Position numbers and translations under genes: made by a program. Positions 1 through 11,847 of a stretch of DNA of 64,000 nucleotides are shown in pieces. The notes beneath the pieces are model-generated. The model saw nothing but the letters and a program-made list of their open reading frames with translations. It was not told where the DNA came from and ran no database searches. Every line of letters starts with the position of its first letter. The stretch's first letter is position 1. The stretch covers positions 75,330,001 to 75,394,000 of the forward strand of contig NC_043004.1 of the NCBI RefSeq assembly GCF_006345805.1. The letters run 5' to 3'. The DNA is from Octopus sinensis. Its lineage: Eukaryota.

Positions 1-264
1 AGAGATATTGCATTTCTAAATCTCTCAGAGAAAGTTGTGCAGTAGCAGCATGATAAAGTGATAGTATGTTGTCAACTTAATGTAGCATCCCAAGAAAAGG
101 AAGAATGGAACTGCTATTTAGTCCCAAGAAACACCATTTAGCCAACTAGAAATGGTTTTTCCATGGGGCTAAATTGCAGTAGCATTCTTCCCTTTCCTGG
201 GACTACCACATTAAGTTGGCAACAAACCATCACTTTATATATATATATATATATGTATGTATAT

Positions 265-565
265 ATATTATTTAGATACAGTAGTTCCCTTCATCCCACC
301 ATATAAAAGAATTTTGATTTAATACTTACTACTCATTTCTCAGCTACACGTGTTTCTTGAGGTTCTTTTATGGTTCCTTAAGCACGCAGTGTTTTACAGG
401 AACCTTTCTTAAAATGTAACCCCAATCATCAAGCCTCTAAGTAAGGAACCGTAAAAGAACCTCAAGAAACACGTGTAGCTGAGAAATGAGTAGTAAGTAT
501 TAATTAAATTAAAATTCTTTTATATGGTGTGATGATGGGATTACTATCTCTAAATAACATATATT
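265..565. mobile_element. Palindromic non-autonomous element (arms about 110 bp) with hammerhead 3'-half motifs, probably Penelope-derived
   Basis: TACTTACTACTCATTTCTCAGCTACACGTGTTTCTTGAGGTTCTTTTATGGTTCCTTA recurs inverted with one mismatch. GAAACACGTGTA at 466-477. Flanked by (TA)n. Confidence 0.6.
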
Positions 566-624
566 TCCTCATTGAGAATAATTTGAACCCCTGTGATGCT
601 AGAATTTTTATTCCCTAATAAATA

Positions 625-683
<59 letters not shown>

Positions 684-696
684 TGAGAGAGAGAGA

Positions 697-931
697 GAGT
701 AATCCCTCGCCATACTGCGAATCCCCTATCACGGTTCACCTATAATGGTTGATTATTTAAGCTTATATCGATTCCTCTATGATGTTGTTTTGTATTCATA
801 ATAAAATAAATATATACAAATTATAAAGATAAAAAATATACGGTACAGTACTGTTTCTACTTCTTGGATTTTCACCTATCGCGGGGGATGGGGTTTGGGA
901 TGTAACACCTGTGATAGTCGAGGGATTACTG
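697..931. mobile_element. Tc1/mariner-type MITE
   Basis: Terminal inverted repeats GTAATCCCTCG / CGAGGGATTAC(TG) next to TA-rich flanks. Confidence 0.55.
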
Positions 932-1238
932 TATATATATATATATATAAAACTCTACTTGTGTATCTGTGTGGGTGTGTCTGTGTGTTTAACTTCCCGG
1001 CATATCTCCTCCTAGCCAACAAATCATAGAACCACAAAAAATGGGTCACTTAAAGTTTAGGCGAATGAAAATTGAACTGCGCTATTTCTGTTCCGAAATT
1101 CATCTCGCAAGTGCAAAAATTGATAATGTGTTTGTTTAGGCCTTATCCCATGCATTGAATAGTGAACTTTACTCAGTCAGCTGTTTGACGTGAACTGTGT
1201 TCACCATGCGTGCAAGCATGTGTAAATTGCATGAAAAT

Positions 1239-1286
<48 letters not shown>

Positions 1287-1293
<7 letters not shown>

Positions 1294-1666
1294 CTGAAGT
1301 TGTCTGTGTGTGGCAGGTTTGATAGCCTTTAACTAACACTATCTCCTCCAAGACCCTGCGGTGCAAGTTGACCAAAATTGAGAGTGTGATAGAAGAAAGC
1401 TTGCTCTTTATTCTGGAGAAGAAAAAATTCAAATCGGAGCATGCTAGGATGAAAAATTATTTATATCAAAAAGGTGCTTTTTTTCTATGGAAATCCCTAT
1501 TTTTTATGATTTTTTGACTGCTGTGTTGCCATTTTTTTGGTGTATTTAAACCAGTAAAATGTTCACTTAAAGAGAATAACAAGCTACATAATGCAAAATT
1601 TTTACTTTTCCAAAATTCCAATTCTAAAGGGTCGAAACAAAACCGAGCAATGCCGGGCGATACTGC

Positions 1667-1669
<3 letters not shown>
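1287..1669 (+). mobile_element. Non-autonomous Helitron-like element
   Basis: Starts in (TA)n and ends GAGCAATGCCGGGCGATACTGCTA, the same 3' end as the CTAG-terminated copy at 53922-54292. Confidence 0.55.
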
Positions 1670-1708
<39 letters not shown>

Positions 1709-2215
1709 GTGTGTGTGTGTGTGAGAGTGTGTGTGTGTGTGTGTGTATGTGTGTGCGTGTGTGTGTGTGACAGGCTTCCTTCAATTTCCACCAACGAAAT
1801 CCACTTACAAGGCTTTGGTCAGTTCAAAGCTATAGTAGAAGACACTTGCACAAGGTGTCTTGCAGTGGGACTGAACCTGAAATCATGTGGTTGGGAAGAA
1901 TGTTTTTGTTAGCATTTACTGGCAGAGAGCTGACAGAATTATTAGGGAGATGGACCAAATACTTAGTGGCGCTCCACATGTCCTTTAACTTGTGAGTTCG
2001 AAAAAGGCAGTGAGCTGGCAGGAGTGTTAGCATATTGGTCAATATGCTTAGCAGCATTTCATCTGTCTTCATGCTCTGAGTTCAATCTTGCCAAGGTTCA
2101 CTTTTCCTTTCATCCTTTTGGTGTCGATAAAGTAAGTACCAGTTGTACACTGGGGTCAATGTAATTAAATCACCTCTTCCCTGAAATTGTTGGCCTTGAG
2201 CCAAAATTTGAGGTC

Positions 2216-2386
2216 CTAATCAGCATTCACTTTACGAAGGGTAGATTTGGCTTACCTGAAGTATTCAAAACCATAATTAGCATTCACTTTATGAAGGCTA
2301 GATTTGGTTTACCTGAAGTATTCAAAACCATAATTAGCATTTACTTTATGAAGGCTAGATTTGGCTCACCTAGAGTATTCAAATTG
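2216..2386. repeat. 57-bp tandem repeat x3 overlapping the LRP2 exon donor
   Basis: AGCAT(T)CACTTT recurs at 2222, 2279 and 2336. Confidence 0.9.
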
Positions 2387-2585
2387 AATTTGAACAGTCC
2401 TTTGTAAGAATCAGCAAAATAGATAGTCTGGTCAGATGCAGTGTAGTCGAAAGATCGAATATAGGAGTATGTTGAAAAAGTGTTTGGAAGTGGTGGGATT
2501 ATATCTGCATTGATAGAGAACTTTCTATCCAGTGGTAGACCTTTAAAAAGTCTTCTTTTGGAAAATAAAATAAATTTAGTGACAC
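2370..2585 (-). CDS. LRP2: LRP2/megalin-like exon: start of beta-propeller 2 (VTKFILFSKRRLFKGLPL...SFDYTASDQTIYFADSYKGLFKFNLNTL)
   Basis: Acceptor tttttgatttAG, donor G|GTGAGC, 216 nt, phase 1-1. FLIFS-like and DY-x5-IYFAD motifs, colinear with megalin. Confidence 0.9.
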
Positions 2586-3796
2586 CTAAATCAAAAACAA
2601 AAAATAGGAAAAAAAAATATCAGTTGCAAATGTTTCTGTCATCTTTATTATTTTTTGTATTTTTAAACATCTGCTTTTTCATATTTACATGGATTATACA
2701 AGAGAATAGAGAAGGTAGAGTTTTTGATGCCTTTCCTGTCACCAACCTTAATAATTTCCCAGTCTATTGAACAGCACAGACACGTTTCAAGTAGAGAATG
2801 GAAAACAAATGACACTGTATAAACGAGCCTTTTGTTCACAAAGATTGCAGAACATGTCAAGACATCCCAAGACGCCTGGGCATGTTTCACAGTTGGCCGC
2901 GAGCAAATGGCACCATTAGCAAAGCTATTGTTTACTATCCGCAGATGAAATACATGAAGACAAGGGAAATATAAACTCTCTCAGCCCCTCCCTCACATAC
3001 ATACGTGTATGACAGGCTTCTTTCAGTTTCCATCTACCAATCTATCCAAAAAGCTTTGGTTGGCCTGGAAGCTATAGTAAAAGACACCATGTGGAACCAA
3101 AGGTGTCACACAATGGGACTGAACCAGAAAACATGTGATTGGGAAGTAAGCTTGTTAACACCACACACCGTCATTATATTGCTTCATTAGTTTTCTTTAT
3201 GAGATGCTCAGGGTAAGACACCGAGTGATCTCTACTGACCCTATTTCGGTAGGGCTGACGGGTAGAATTTTTGGTTTGCACACACTGAACAGAAAATGGC
3301 AAGTCATTTTATAATATTTGAGGGTCTGGATTAAGACCCTTAAAAGACTTTGGTGCCCCCATATATATGTAATTCGAAATATAAACAATAATAAACCATG
3401 AAATTATTTTTTTTTATTTTTTCAAAATGGAACAAAACTAACAAAGAGATGGGAAATAATGTTTATTTTTGTAGAACTCCACTTTATTTATATTTGCAAA
3501 GTCTTTGATCAGATCCTCAAAGTTAATCTTATAGAACACTTTTGCTCTTATACTTAGAAGAAATAAAGCATCCCAAATATTATTTTAGCAAATTTAAAGT
3601 GATTTCTTTTGTGCCGTAAACCATTTACCATTTCTGTCATGCCCCCACCCTCCTTCCCTTGATGCCCTTAGAACATGCTTAATGGTTAATCCAGCGCTGA
3701 CACTATATTGCAGCAGGATCCAATCTTCTCACACACAAATATAACACGCTGGTTATCATTGTAAACAACAGAATGACTTAAATGGTTAATACTTAC

Positions 3797-3931
3797 GTGT
3801 ACAATTAATTTGGTTTGAATCAGGAATGAAACCTATTTCACACAGACAACGGTAACCAAGCCCATCATTGTCAGAGGTATGAGTCACAACACAAATATGT
3901 TGACATTTAGCCTGCTTGCACGGATTTCTTC
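3797..3931 (-). CDS. LRP2: LRP2/megalin-like exon: EGF repeat (RNPCKQAKCQHICVVTHTSDNDGLGYRCLCEIGFIPDSNQINCT)
   Basis: Acceptor tttaaatAG, donor C|GTAAGT, 135 nt, phase 1-1. HTSDNDGLGYRC resembles megalin HRTDNDGLGFRC and is the main reason for calling LRP2 rather than LRP1. Confidence 0.95.
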
Positions 3932-4914
3932 CTATTTAAATATAAAACTGTTGTTCTAAACTCCTGTAGATATTTTGTAATTACAATACAAGAATAATTT
4001 TTACAATAATTTCAGCATAATGACACAAACACAAAAACACTGTTAACTTCACTGAAACCATCTATTAGTTGGACCAACTGTGAGCTGGTCATTACTCCTT
4101 CAAAAAGGAGTAATGTGATTCTGTATTCATGTGGTGAAAAATATCGTTTCTATTAAAAGCAGAAGGCCTGAAATTTTGAGGGACGGGTTAAATTTGCCCA
4201 CCAGAGCGCAACTAGTACTTATCTTATTCACCCTGAATGGATGAAGGGCAAAGTCGACCTCAGTGGAATATGGTCAAAATAATGGCAATTTTATATGACC
4301 ATGGCAGTAAAATACTTTATGCTAAATATGATTTTTAGCCTTGAACTGAATTCCATTGATTGAATCAACCTAAAGTTTCTCTTGAATTTATATAATTAAA
4401 ATAGATGACTTCTAATACAATGATGTTTGATGTAATAACTGTGAAGGTTCCCAGTCTAGTGGTTAGGATGTTATACTCATAAGGTCAGGGTTTCAATTCT
4501 CAGATCAGTTGTGTGTTGTGTTCTTGAGCAAAACACCTCATCTCACATTGCTGCAGTCCACTCGGCCGTAAATGTGTCACCCATTGATGAACTGGTATTC
4601 TATTCTGCTAGAATGTTGGCTGGCCTGCCTACTTCAGCAGGGTGACATCGTTTAAAAGCTAAAACAATGCAAGGAAGTGCATCGTGACCAGTGGTATATT
4701 ACAAAATCTGATTGTCTGCTCAAGACAGTGATACAATAAGGTTTTAGCTATTGACTGAGTTTTCTGTTGAAAGACATTTATAATTTCAATAGTTTGAAAA
4801 TCTTGGTTTTTTTAAATTATTTTTTCAGTTTTAACTTTAGTCATGAACTAAACTGAAACAAGGGACCTAAAATTCTCTAAATGAGTTTTGGTCCAGAAAG
4901 TAAACTTGAAATCA

Positions 4915-5815
4915 AATAATTCTGTCAAGTCAGAAAATTTTGGTAACTTCTTTGTTTTATTCATCAATTTATAACAAAAACAGCCGAGCAAATGGAGGCC
5001 ATTGTGTTGCACCGTCTGAAGATACCTTTCTGCCAGTTCTTTGGTCCCACACTGATACCTGTTCTTGTCCTCTGAAGCAAACAATTCCTTCACTGAAGCC
5101 TTCACCTCTCTTTGGTTGATGAAGCGATGTGAGTGCAAGAAGTAAGCCATGAATTGGAGCAAGTAATTATCCAAGAGAGACATCTTTCTGCTATCTGAAT
5201 ATGTATAAGCAGTGGTTGACAAATGGCCAGCTTCTGGAACCTGTCACCAAAGATAGGTATTTTGAACACAAGCTGATGTTCTGCACTTGGTGGAATTACA
5301 AGGGAATAATTCACTATGAGTTTGTCCTGGACAGACAAACCATTGATGCCAACCTGTACTCTAAAGAGCTGGAGTGGATGAATGCCATTGAGTGACAAAA
5401 ATCGCTGGCACTGATTAATAGGAAGTGAGTTCTTCTGCAGCAAGACAACACAGAACCTCACACTGCTCAAAAAACTGAGAATAAACTTCAGGAAGTTGAG
5501 GGAATCAAAATGATGCCAGGCCCAGCATATAGTCCAGATGAAGCACCCTTGGGTTATCACTTGTTCTGATCCATGGCTCACTTCCTGCTCTTGCAAAATT
5601 TCATCAACCAAAAGGAGATAGAAACTTCGGTGAAGGAGTTTTTTGCCTTGAAAGACAAGAACTGGCATCAGTGTAGGATCAAAAGAACTGGCAGAAAAGT
5701 ACCTGTGAATGGTGCAACTCAATGGCCCCTGATTTGAATGCTAGGCTGTTTTTGTTGTGACATGACAAGTGAAGTAAATAAGTTACCAAAATAATGCAAG
5801 ACTTTTGAATCAACA
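4915..5815 (+). mobile_element. Degenerate mariner transposase fragment (DD34D region) with an inverted copy of its 3' end on the left
   Basis: KLMFCTWWNYKGIIHYE, LLQQDNTEPH and AYSPDEAP.GYHLF correspond to mariner HDNARPH and YSPDLAPSDYHLF, with stops and frameshifts. About 4920-5177 is a diverged reverse complement of about 5551-5815. Confidence 0.85.
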
Positions 5816-6134
5816 CAGTGTTAGAAACTCTAAATGTCCGGCCTATACTTATAAATACTGCATTTGGTGGCATTGAAGATGTACTTTTCTCTCGCAAATA
5901 TGCCTCAAAAATCACCCCAGGTTCTACATGTGAACTTGCTTTAATGCACTGACAACGTTTTTCGTGATATGCTCAGTTAGAATTGGGGGTTGGGTATCTG
6001 ATATTTTTGGACATCTTTTATGCTGTCATATGAAGCACTGAAAAATATGGAAAACAATTAAAAGAAATTTCTCATTTAATATAATATATTGAGAATTCCA
6101 AAATGAGACATAACTTTTTCCCATATATATAGTG

Positions 6135-9100
6135 TAAGACTGATTGATGAGTGATTTGCAGCAATTTCAAAGCTCTACTTCGGGCTATTGATGAGTGATG
6201 TGCAGCAGTAGTTTCACAGCCCAAGTGCAGGCTGATTGATGAGTGATCTGCAGCAGTTTCACACTCCTAGTGCAGGCTGATTGATGAGTGATCTGCAGCA
6301 GTTTCACAGCCCAAGTGCAGGCTGATTGATGAGTGATCTGCAGCAGTTTCATAGCCCTAGTGCAGGTTGATTGATGAGTGATCTGCAGCAGTTTCACAGC
6401 CCAAGTGCACGCTGATTGATGAGTGATCTGCAGCAGTTTCATAGCCCTAGTGCACGCTGATTGATGAGTGATCTGCAGCAGTTTCATAGCCCTAGTGCAG
6501 GTTGATTGATGACTGATCTGCAGCAGTTTCACACTCCTAGTGCAGGCTGATTGATGAGCGATCTGCAGCAGTTTCACAGCCCAAGTGCACGCTGATTGAT
6601 GAGTGATCTACAGCAGTTTCACACTCCTAGTGCAGGCTGATTGATGAGTGATTTGCAGTAGTTTCACAGCCCTAGTGCAGGCTGATTGATGAGCGATCTG
6701 CAGCAGTTTCACAGCCCAAGTGCAGGCTGATTGATGAGTGATCTGCAGCAGTTTCACACTCCTAGTGCAAGCTGATTGATGAGTGATCTGCAGCAGTTTC
6801 ACAGCCCTAGTGCACGCTGATTGATGAGCGATCTGCAGCAGTTTCACAGCCCTAGTGCAGGCTGATTGATGACTGATCTGCAGCAGTTTCACAGCCCTAG
6901 TGCAGGCTGATTGATGACTGATCTGCAGCAGTTTCACAGCCCTAGTGCAGGCTGATTGATGACTGATCTGCAGCAGTTCACAGCCCTAGTGCAGGCTGAT
7001 TGATGACTGATCTGCAGTAGTTTCACAGCCCTAGTGCTGGCTGATTGATGACTGATCTACAGCAGTTTCACACTCCTAGTGCAGGCTGATTGATGACTGA
7101 TCTGCAGCAGTTTCACAGCCCTAGTGCAGGCTGATTGATGACTGATCTGCAGCAGTTTCACAGCCCTAGTGCAGGCTGATTGATGACTGATCTACAGCAG
7201 TTTCACACTCCTAGTGCACGCTGATTGATGAGCGATCTGCAGCAGTTTCACAGCCCAAGTGCAGGCTGATTGATGAGTGATCTGCAGCAGTTTCACACTC
7301 CTAGTGCAAGCTGATTGATGACTGATCTACAGCAGTTTCACAGCCCTAGTGCAGGCTGATTGATGACTGATCTGCAGCAGTTTCACAGCCCTAGTGCAGG
7401 CGGATTGATGAGCGATCTGCAGCAGTTTCACAGCCCAAGTGCACGCTGATTGATGAGCGATCTGCAGCAGTTTCACAGCCCAAGTGCAGGCTGATTGATG
7501 AGTGATCTGCAGCAGTTTCACACTCCTAGTGCAAGCTGATTGATGAGTGATCTGCAGCAGTTTCACAGCCCTAGTGCACGCTGATTGATGAGCGATCTGC
7601 AGCAGTTTCACAGCCCTAGTGCAGGCTGATTGATGAGTGATCTGCAGCAGTTTCACAGCCCTAGTGCAGGCTGATTGATGACTGATCTACAGCAGTTTCA
7701 CACTCCTAGTGCAGGCTGATTGATGACTGATCTGCAGCAGTTTCACAGCCCTAGTGCAGGCTGATTGATGACTGATCTGCAGCAGTTTCACAGCCCTAGT
7801 GCAGGCTGATTGATGACTGATCTACAGCAGTTTCACAGCCCTAGTGCGGCTGATTGATGAGCGATCTGCAGCAGTTTCACAGCCCAAGTGCAGGCTGATT
7901 GATGAGCGATCTGCAGCAGTTTCACAGCCCAAGTGCACGCTGATTGATGAGCGATCTGCAGCAGTTTCACAGCCCAAGTGCAGGCTGATTGATGAGTGAT
8001 CTGCAGCAGTTTCACAATCCTAGTACAAGCTGATTGATGAGTGATCTGCAGCAGTTTCACAGCCCTAGTGCACGCAGATTGATGAGCGATCTGCAGCAGT
8101 TTCACAGCCCTAGTGCAGGCTGATTGATGACTGATCTGCAGCAGTTTCACAGCCCTAGTGCAGGCTGATTGATGACTGATCTGCAGTAGTTTCACAGCCC
8201 TAGTGCAGGCTGATTGATGACTGATCTACAGCAGTTTCACACTCCTAGTGCAGGCTGATTGATGACTGATCTGCAGCAGTTTCACAGCCCTAGTGCAGGC
8301 TGATTGATGACTGATCTGCAGCAGTTTCACAGCCCTAGTGCAGGCTGATTGATGACTGATCTACAGCAGTTTCACACTCCTAGTGCAGGCTGATTGATGA
8401 CTGATCTGCAGCAGTTTCACAGCCCTAGTGCAGGCTGATTGATGACTGATCTGCAGCAGTTTCACAGCCCTAGTGCAGGCTGATTGATGACTGATCTACA
8501 GCAGTTTCACAGCCCTAGTGCAGGCTGATTGATGACTGATCTGCAGTAGTTTCACAGCCCTTGCAGGCTGATGATGAACTGATCTGCAGCAGTTTCACAG
8601 CCCTAGTGCAGACTGATTGATGACTGATCTGCAGCAGTTTCACAGCCCTAGTGCAGGCTGATTGATGACTGATCTGCAGCAGTTTCACAGACCAAGTGCA
8701 GCTGATTGATGACTGATCTGCAGTAGTTTCACAGTCCTAGTGCAGGCTGATTGATGACTGATCTACAGCAGTTTCACACACCTAGTGCAGGCTGATTGAT
8801 GAGCGATCTGCAGCAGTTTCACAGCCCTAGTGCAGGCTGATTGATGACTGATCTACAGCAGTTTCACACTCCTAGTGCAGGCTGATTGATGACTGATCTG
8901 CAGCATTTTCACAGCCCTAGTGCAGGCTGATTGATGACTGATCTGCAGCAGTTTCACAGCCCTAGTGCAGGCTGATTGATGACTGATCTACAGCAGTTTC
9001 ACAGCCCTAGTGCAGGCTGATTGATGACTGATCTGCAGCAGTTTCACAGCCCTTGTGCAGGCTGATTGACGACTGATCTGCAGCAGTTTCACAGCCCTAG

Positions 9101-11847
9101 TGCAGGCTGATTGATGACTGATCTACAGCAGTTTCACAGCCCTAGTGCAGGCTGATTGATGACTGATCTGCAGTAGTTTCACAGCCCTAGTGCAGGCTGA
9201 TTGATGACTGATCTGCAGCAGTTTCACAGCCCTAGTGCAGACTGATTGATGACTGATCTGCAGCAGTTTCACAGCCCTAGTGCAGGCTGATTGATGACTG
9301 ATCTGCAGCAGTTTCACAGCCCTAGTGCAGGCTGATTGATGACTGATCTGCAGTAGTTTCACAGCCCTAGTGCAGGCTGATTGATGACTGATCTACAGCA
9401 GTTTCACACTCCTAGTGCAGGCTGATTGATGACTGATCTGCAGCAGTTTCACAGCCCTAGTGCAGGCTGATTGATGACTGATCTGCAGCAGTTTCACAGC
9501 CCTAGTGCAGGCTGATTGATGACTGATCTACAGCAGTTTCACACAGCTAGTGCAGGCTGATTGATGACTGATCTGCAGTAGTTTCACAGCCCTAGTGCAG
9601 GCTGATTGATGACTGATCTGCAGCAGTTTCACAGCCCTAGTGCAGGCTGATTGATGACTGATCTACAGCAGTTTCACAGCCCTAGTGCAGGCTGATTGAT
9701 GACTGATCTGCAGTAGTTTCACAGCCCTAGTGCAGGCTGATTGATGACTGATCTGCAGCAGTTTCACAGCCCTAGTGCAGACTGATTGATGACTGATCTG
9801 CAGCAGTTTCACAGCCCTAGTGCAGGCTGATTGATGACTGATCTGCAGCAGTTTCACAGCCCTAGTGCAGGCTGATTGATGACTGATCTGCAGTAGTTTC
9901 ACAGCCCTAGTGCAGGCTGATTGATGACTGATCTACAGCAGTTTCACACTCCTAGTGCAGGCTGATTGATGACTGATCTGCAGCAGTTTCACAGCCCTAG
10001 TGCAGGCTGATTGATGACTGATCTGCAGCAGTTTCACAGCCCTAGTGCAGGCTGATTGATGACTGATCTACAGCAGTTTCACACTCCTAGTGCAGGCTGA
10101 TTGATGAGCGATCTGCAGCAGTTTCACAGCCCTAGTGCAGGCTGATTGATGACTGATCTGCAGCAGTTTTCCAGCCCTAGTGCAGGCTGATTGATGACTG
10201 ATCTGCAGTAGTTTCACAGCCCTAGTGCAGGCTGATTGATGACTGATCTACAGCAGTTTCACACTCCTAGTGCAGGCTGATTGATGACTGATCTGCAGCA
10301 GTTTCACAGCCCTAGTGCAGGCTGATTGATGACTGATCTGCAGCAGTTTCACAGCCCTAGTGCAGGCTGATTGATGACTGATCTACAGCAGTTTCACACT
10401 CTAGTGCAGGCTGATTGATGACTGATCTGCAGCAGTTTCACAGCCTAGTGCAGGCTGATTGACGACTGATCTGCAGCAGTTTCACAGCCCTAGTGCAGGC
10501 TGATTGATGACTGATCTACAGCAGTTTCACAGCCCTAGTGCAGGCTGATTGATGACTGATCTGCAGTAGTTTCACAGCCCTAGTGCAGGCTGATTGATGA
10601 CTGATCTGCAGCAGTTTCACAGCCTAGTGCAGACTGATTGATGACTGATCTGCAGCAGTTTCACAGCCCTAGTGCAGGTGATTGATGACTGATCTGCAGC
10701 AGTTTCACAGCCCTAGTGCAGGCTGATTGATGACTGATCTGCAGTAGTTTCACAGCCCTAGTGCAGGCTGATTGATGACTGATCTGCAGTAGTTTCACAC
10801 TCCTAGTGCAGGCTGATTGATGACTGATCTGCAGCAGTTTCACAGCCCTAGTGCAGGCTGATTGATGACTGATCTGCAGCAGTTTCACAGCCCTAGTGCA
10901 GGCTGATTGATGACTGATCTACAGCAGTTTCACACTCCTAGTGCAGGCTGATTGATGACTGATCTGCAGCAGTTTCACAGCCCTAGTGCAGGCTGATTGA
11001 TGACTGATCTGCAGCAGTTTCACAGCCCTAGTGCAGGCTGATTGATGACTGATCTGCAGCAGTTTCACAGCCCTAGTGCAGGCTGATTGATGACTGATCT
11101 GCAGTAGTTTCACAGCCCTAGTGCAGGCTGATTGATGACTGATCTACAGCAGTTTCACACTCCTAGTGCAGGCTGATTGATGACTGATCTGCAGCAGTTT
11201 CACAGCCCTAGTGCAGGCTGATTGATGACTGATCTGCAGCAGTTTCACAGCCCTAGTGCAGGCTGATTGATGACTGATCTGCAGCAGTTTCACAGCCCTA
11301 GTGCAGGCTGATTGATGACTGATCTGCAGTAGTTTCACAGCCTAGTGCAGGCTGATTGATGACTGATCTACAGCAGTTTCACACTCCTAGTGCAGGCTGA
11401 TTGATGACTGATCTGCAGCAGTTTCACAGCCCTAGTGCAGGCTGATTGATGACTGATCTGCAGCAGTTCACAGCCCTAGTGCAGGCTGATTGATGACTGA
11501 TCTACAGCAGTTTCACACTCCTAGTGCAGGCTGATTGATGACTGATCTGCAGCAGTTTCACAGCCCTAGTGCAGGCTGATTGATGACTGATCTACAGCAG
11601 TTTCACACTCCTAGTGCAGGCTGATTGATGACTGATCTACAGCAGTTTCACACTCCTAGTGCAGGCTGATTGATGACTGATCTGCAGCAGTTTCATAGCC
11701 CTAGTGCAGGCTGATTGATGACTGATCTACAGCAGTTTCACACTCCTAGTGCAGGCTGATTGATGACTGATCTACAGCAATTTCACACTCCTAGTGCAGG
11801 CTGATTGATGACTGATCTGCAGCAGTTTCACAGCCCTAGTGCAGGCT
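6135..11847. repeat. 45-bp minisatellite, about 127 copies; consensus GCTGATTGATGACTGATCTGCAGCAGTTTCACAGCCCTAGTGCAG
   Basis: Directly visible tandem array in the intron between exons 16287 and 3931. It produces the 15-aa repeat ORFs on the minus strand. Confidence 0.98.

Noticed and set aside
6135-11847. 45-bp array as a CRISPR array or a box C/D snoRNA cluster (each unit has TGATGA and CTGA)
   Set aside because: There are no unique spacers or cas genes and the context is eukaryotic. The C/D-like boxes lie antisense to the host gene, are only about 45 nt apart, and have no variable guide regions.
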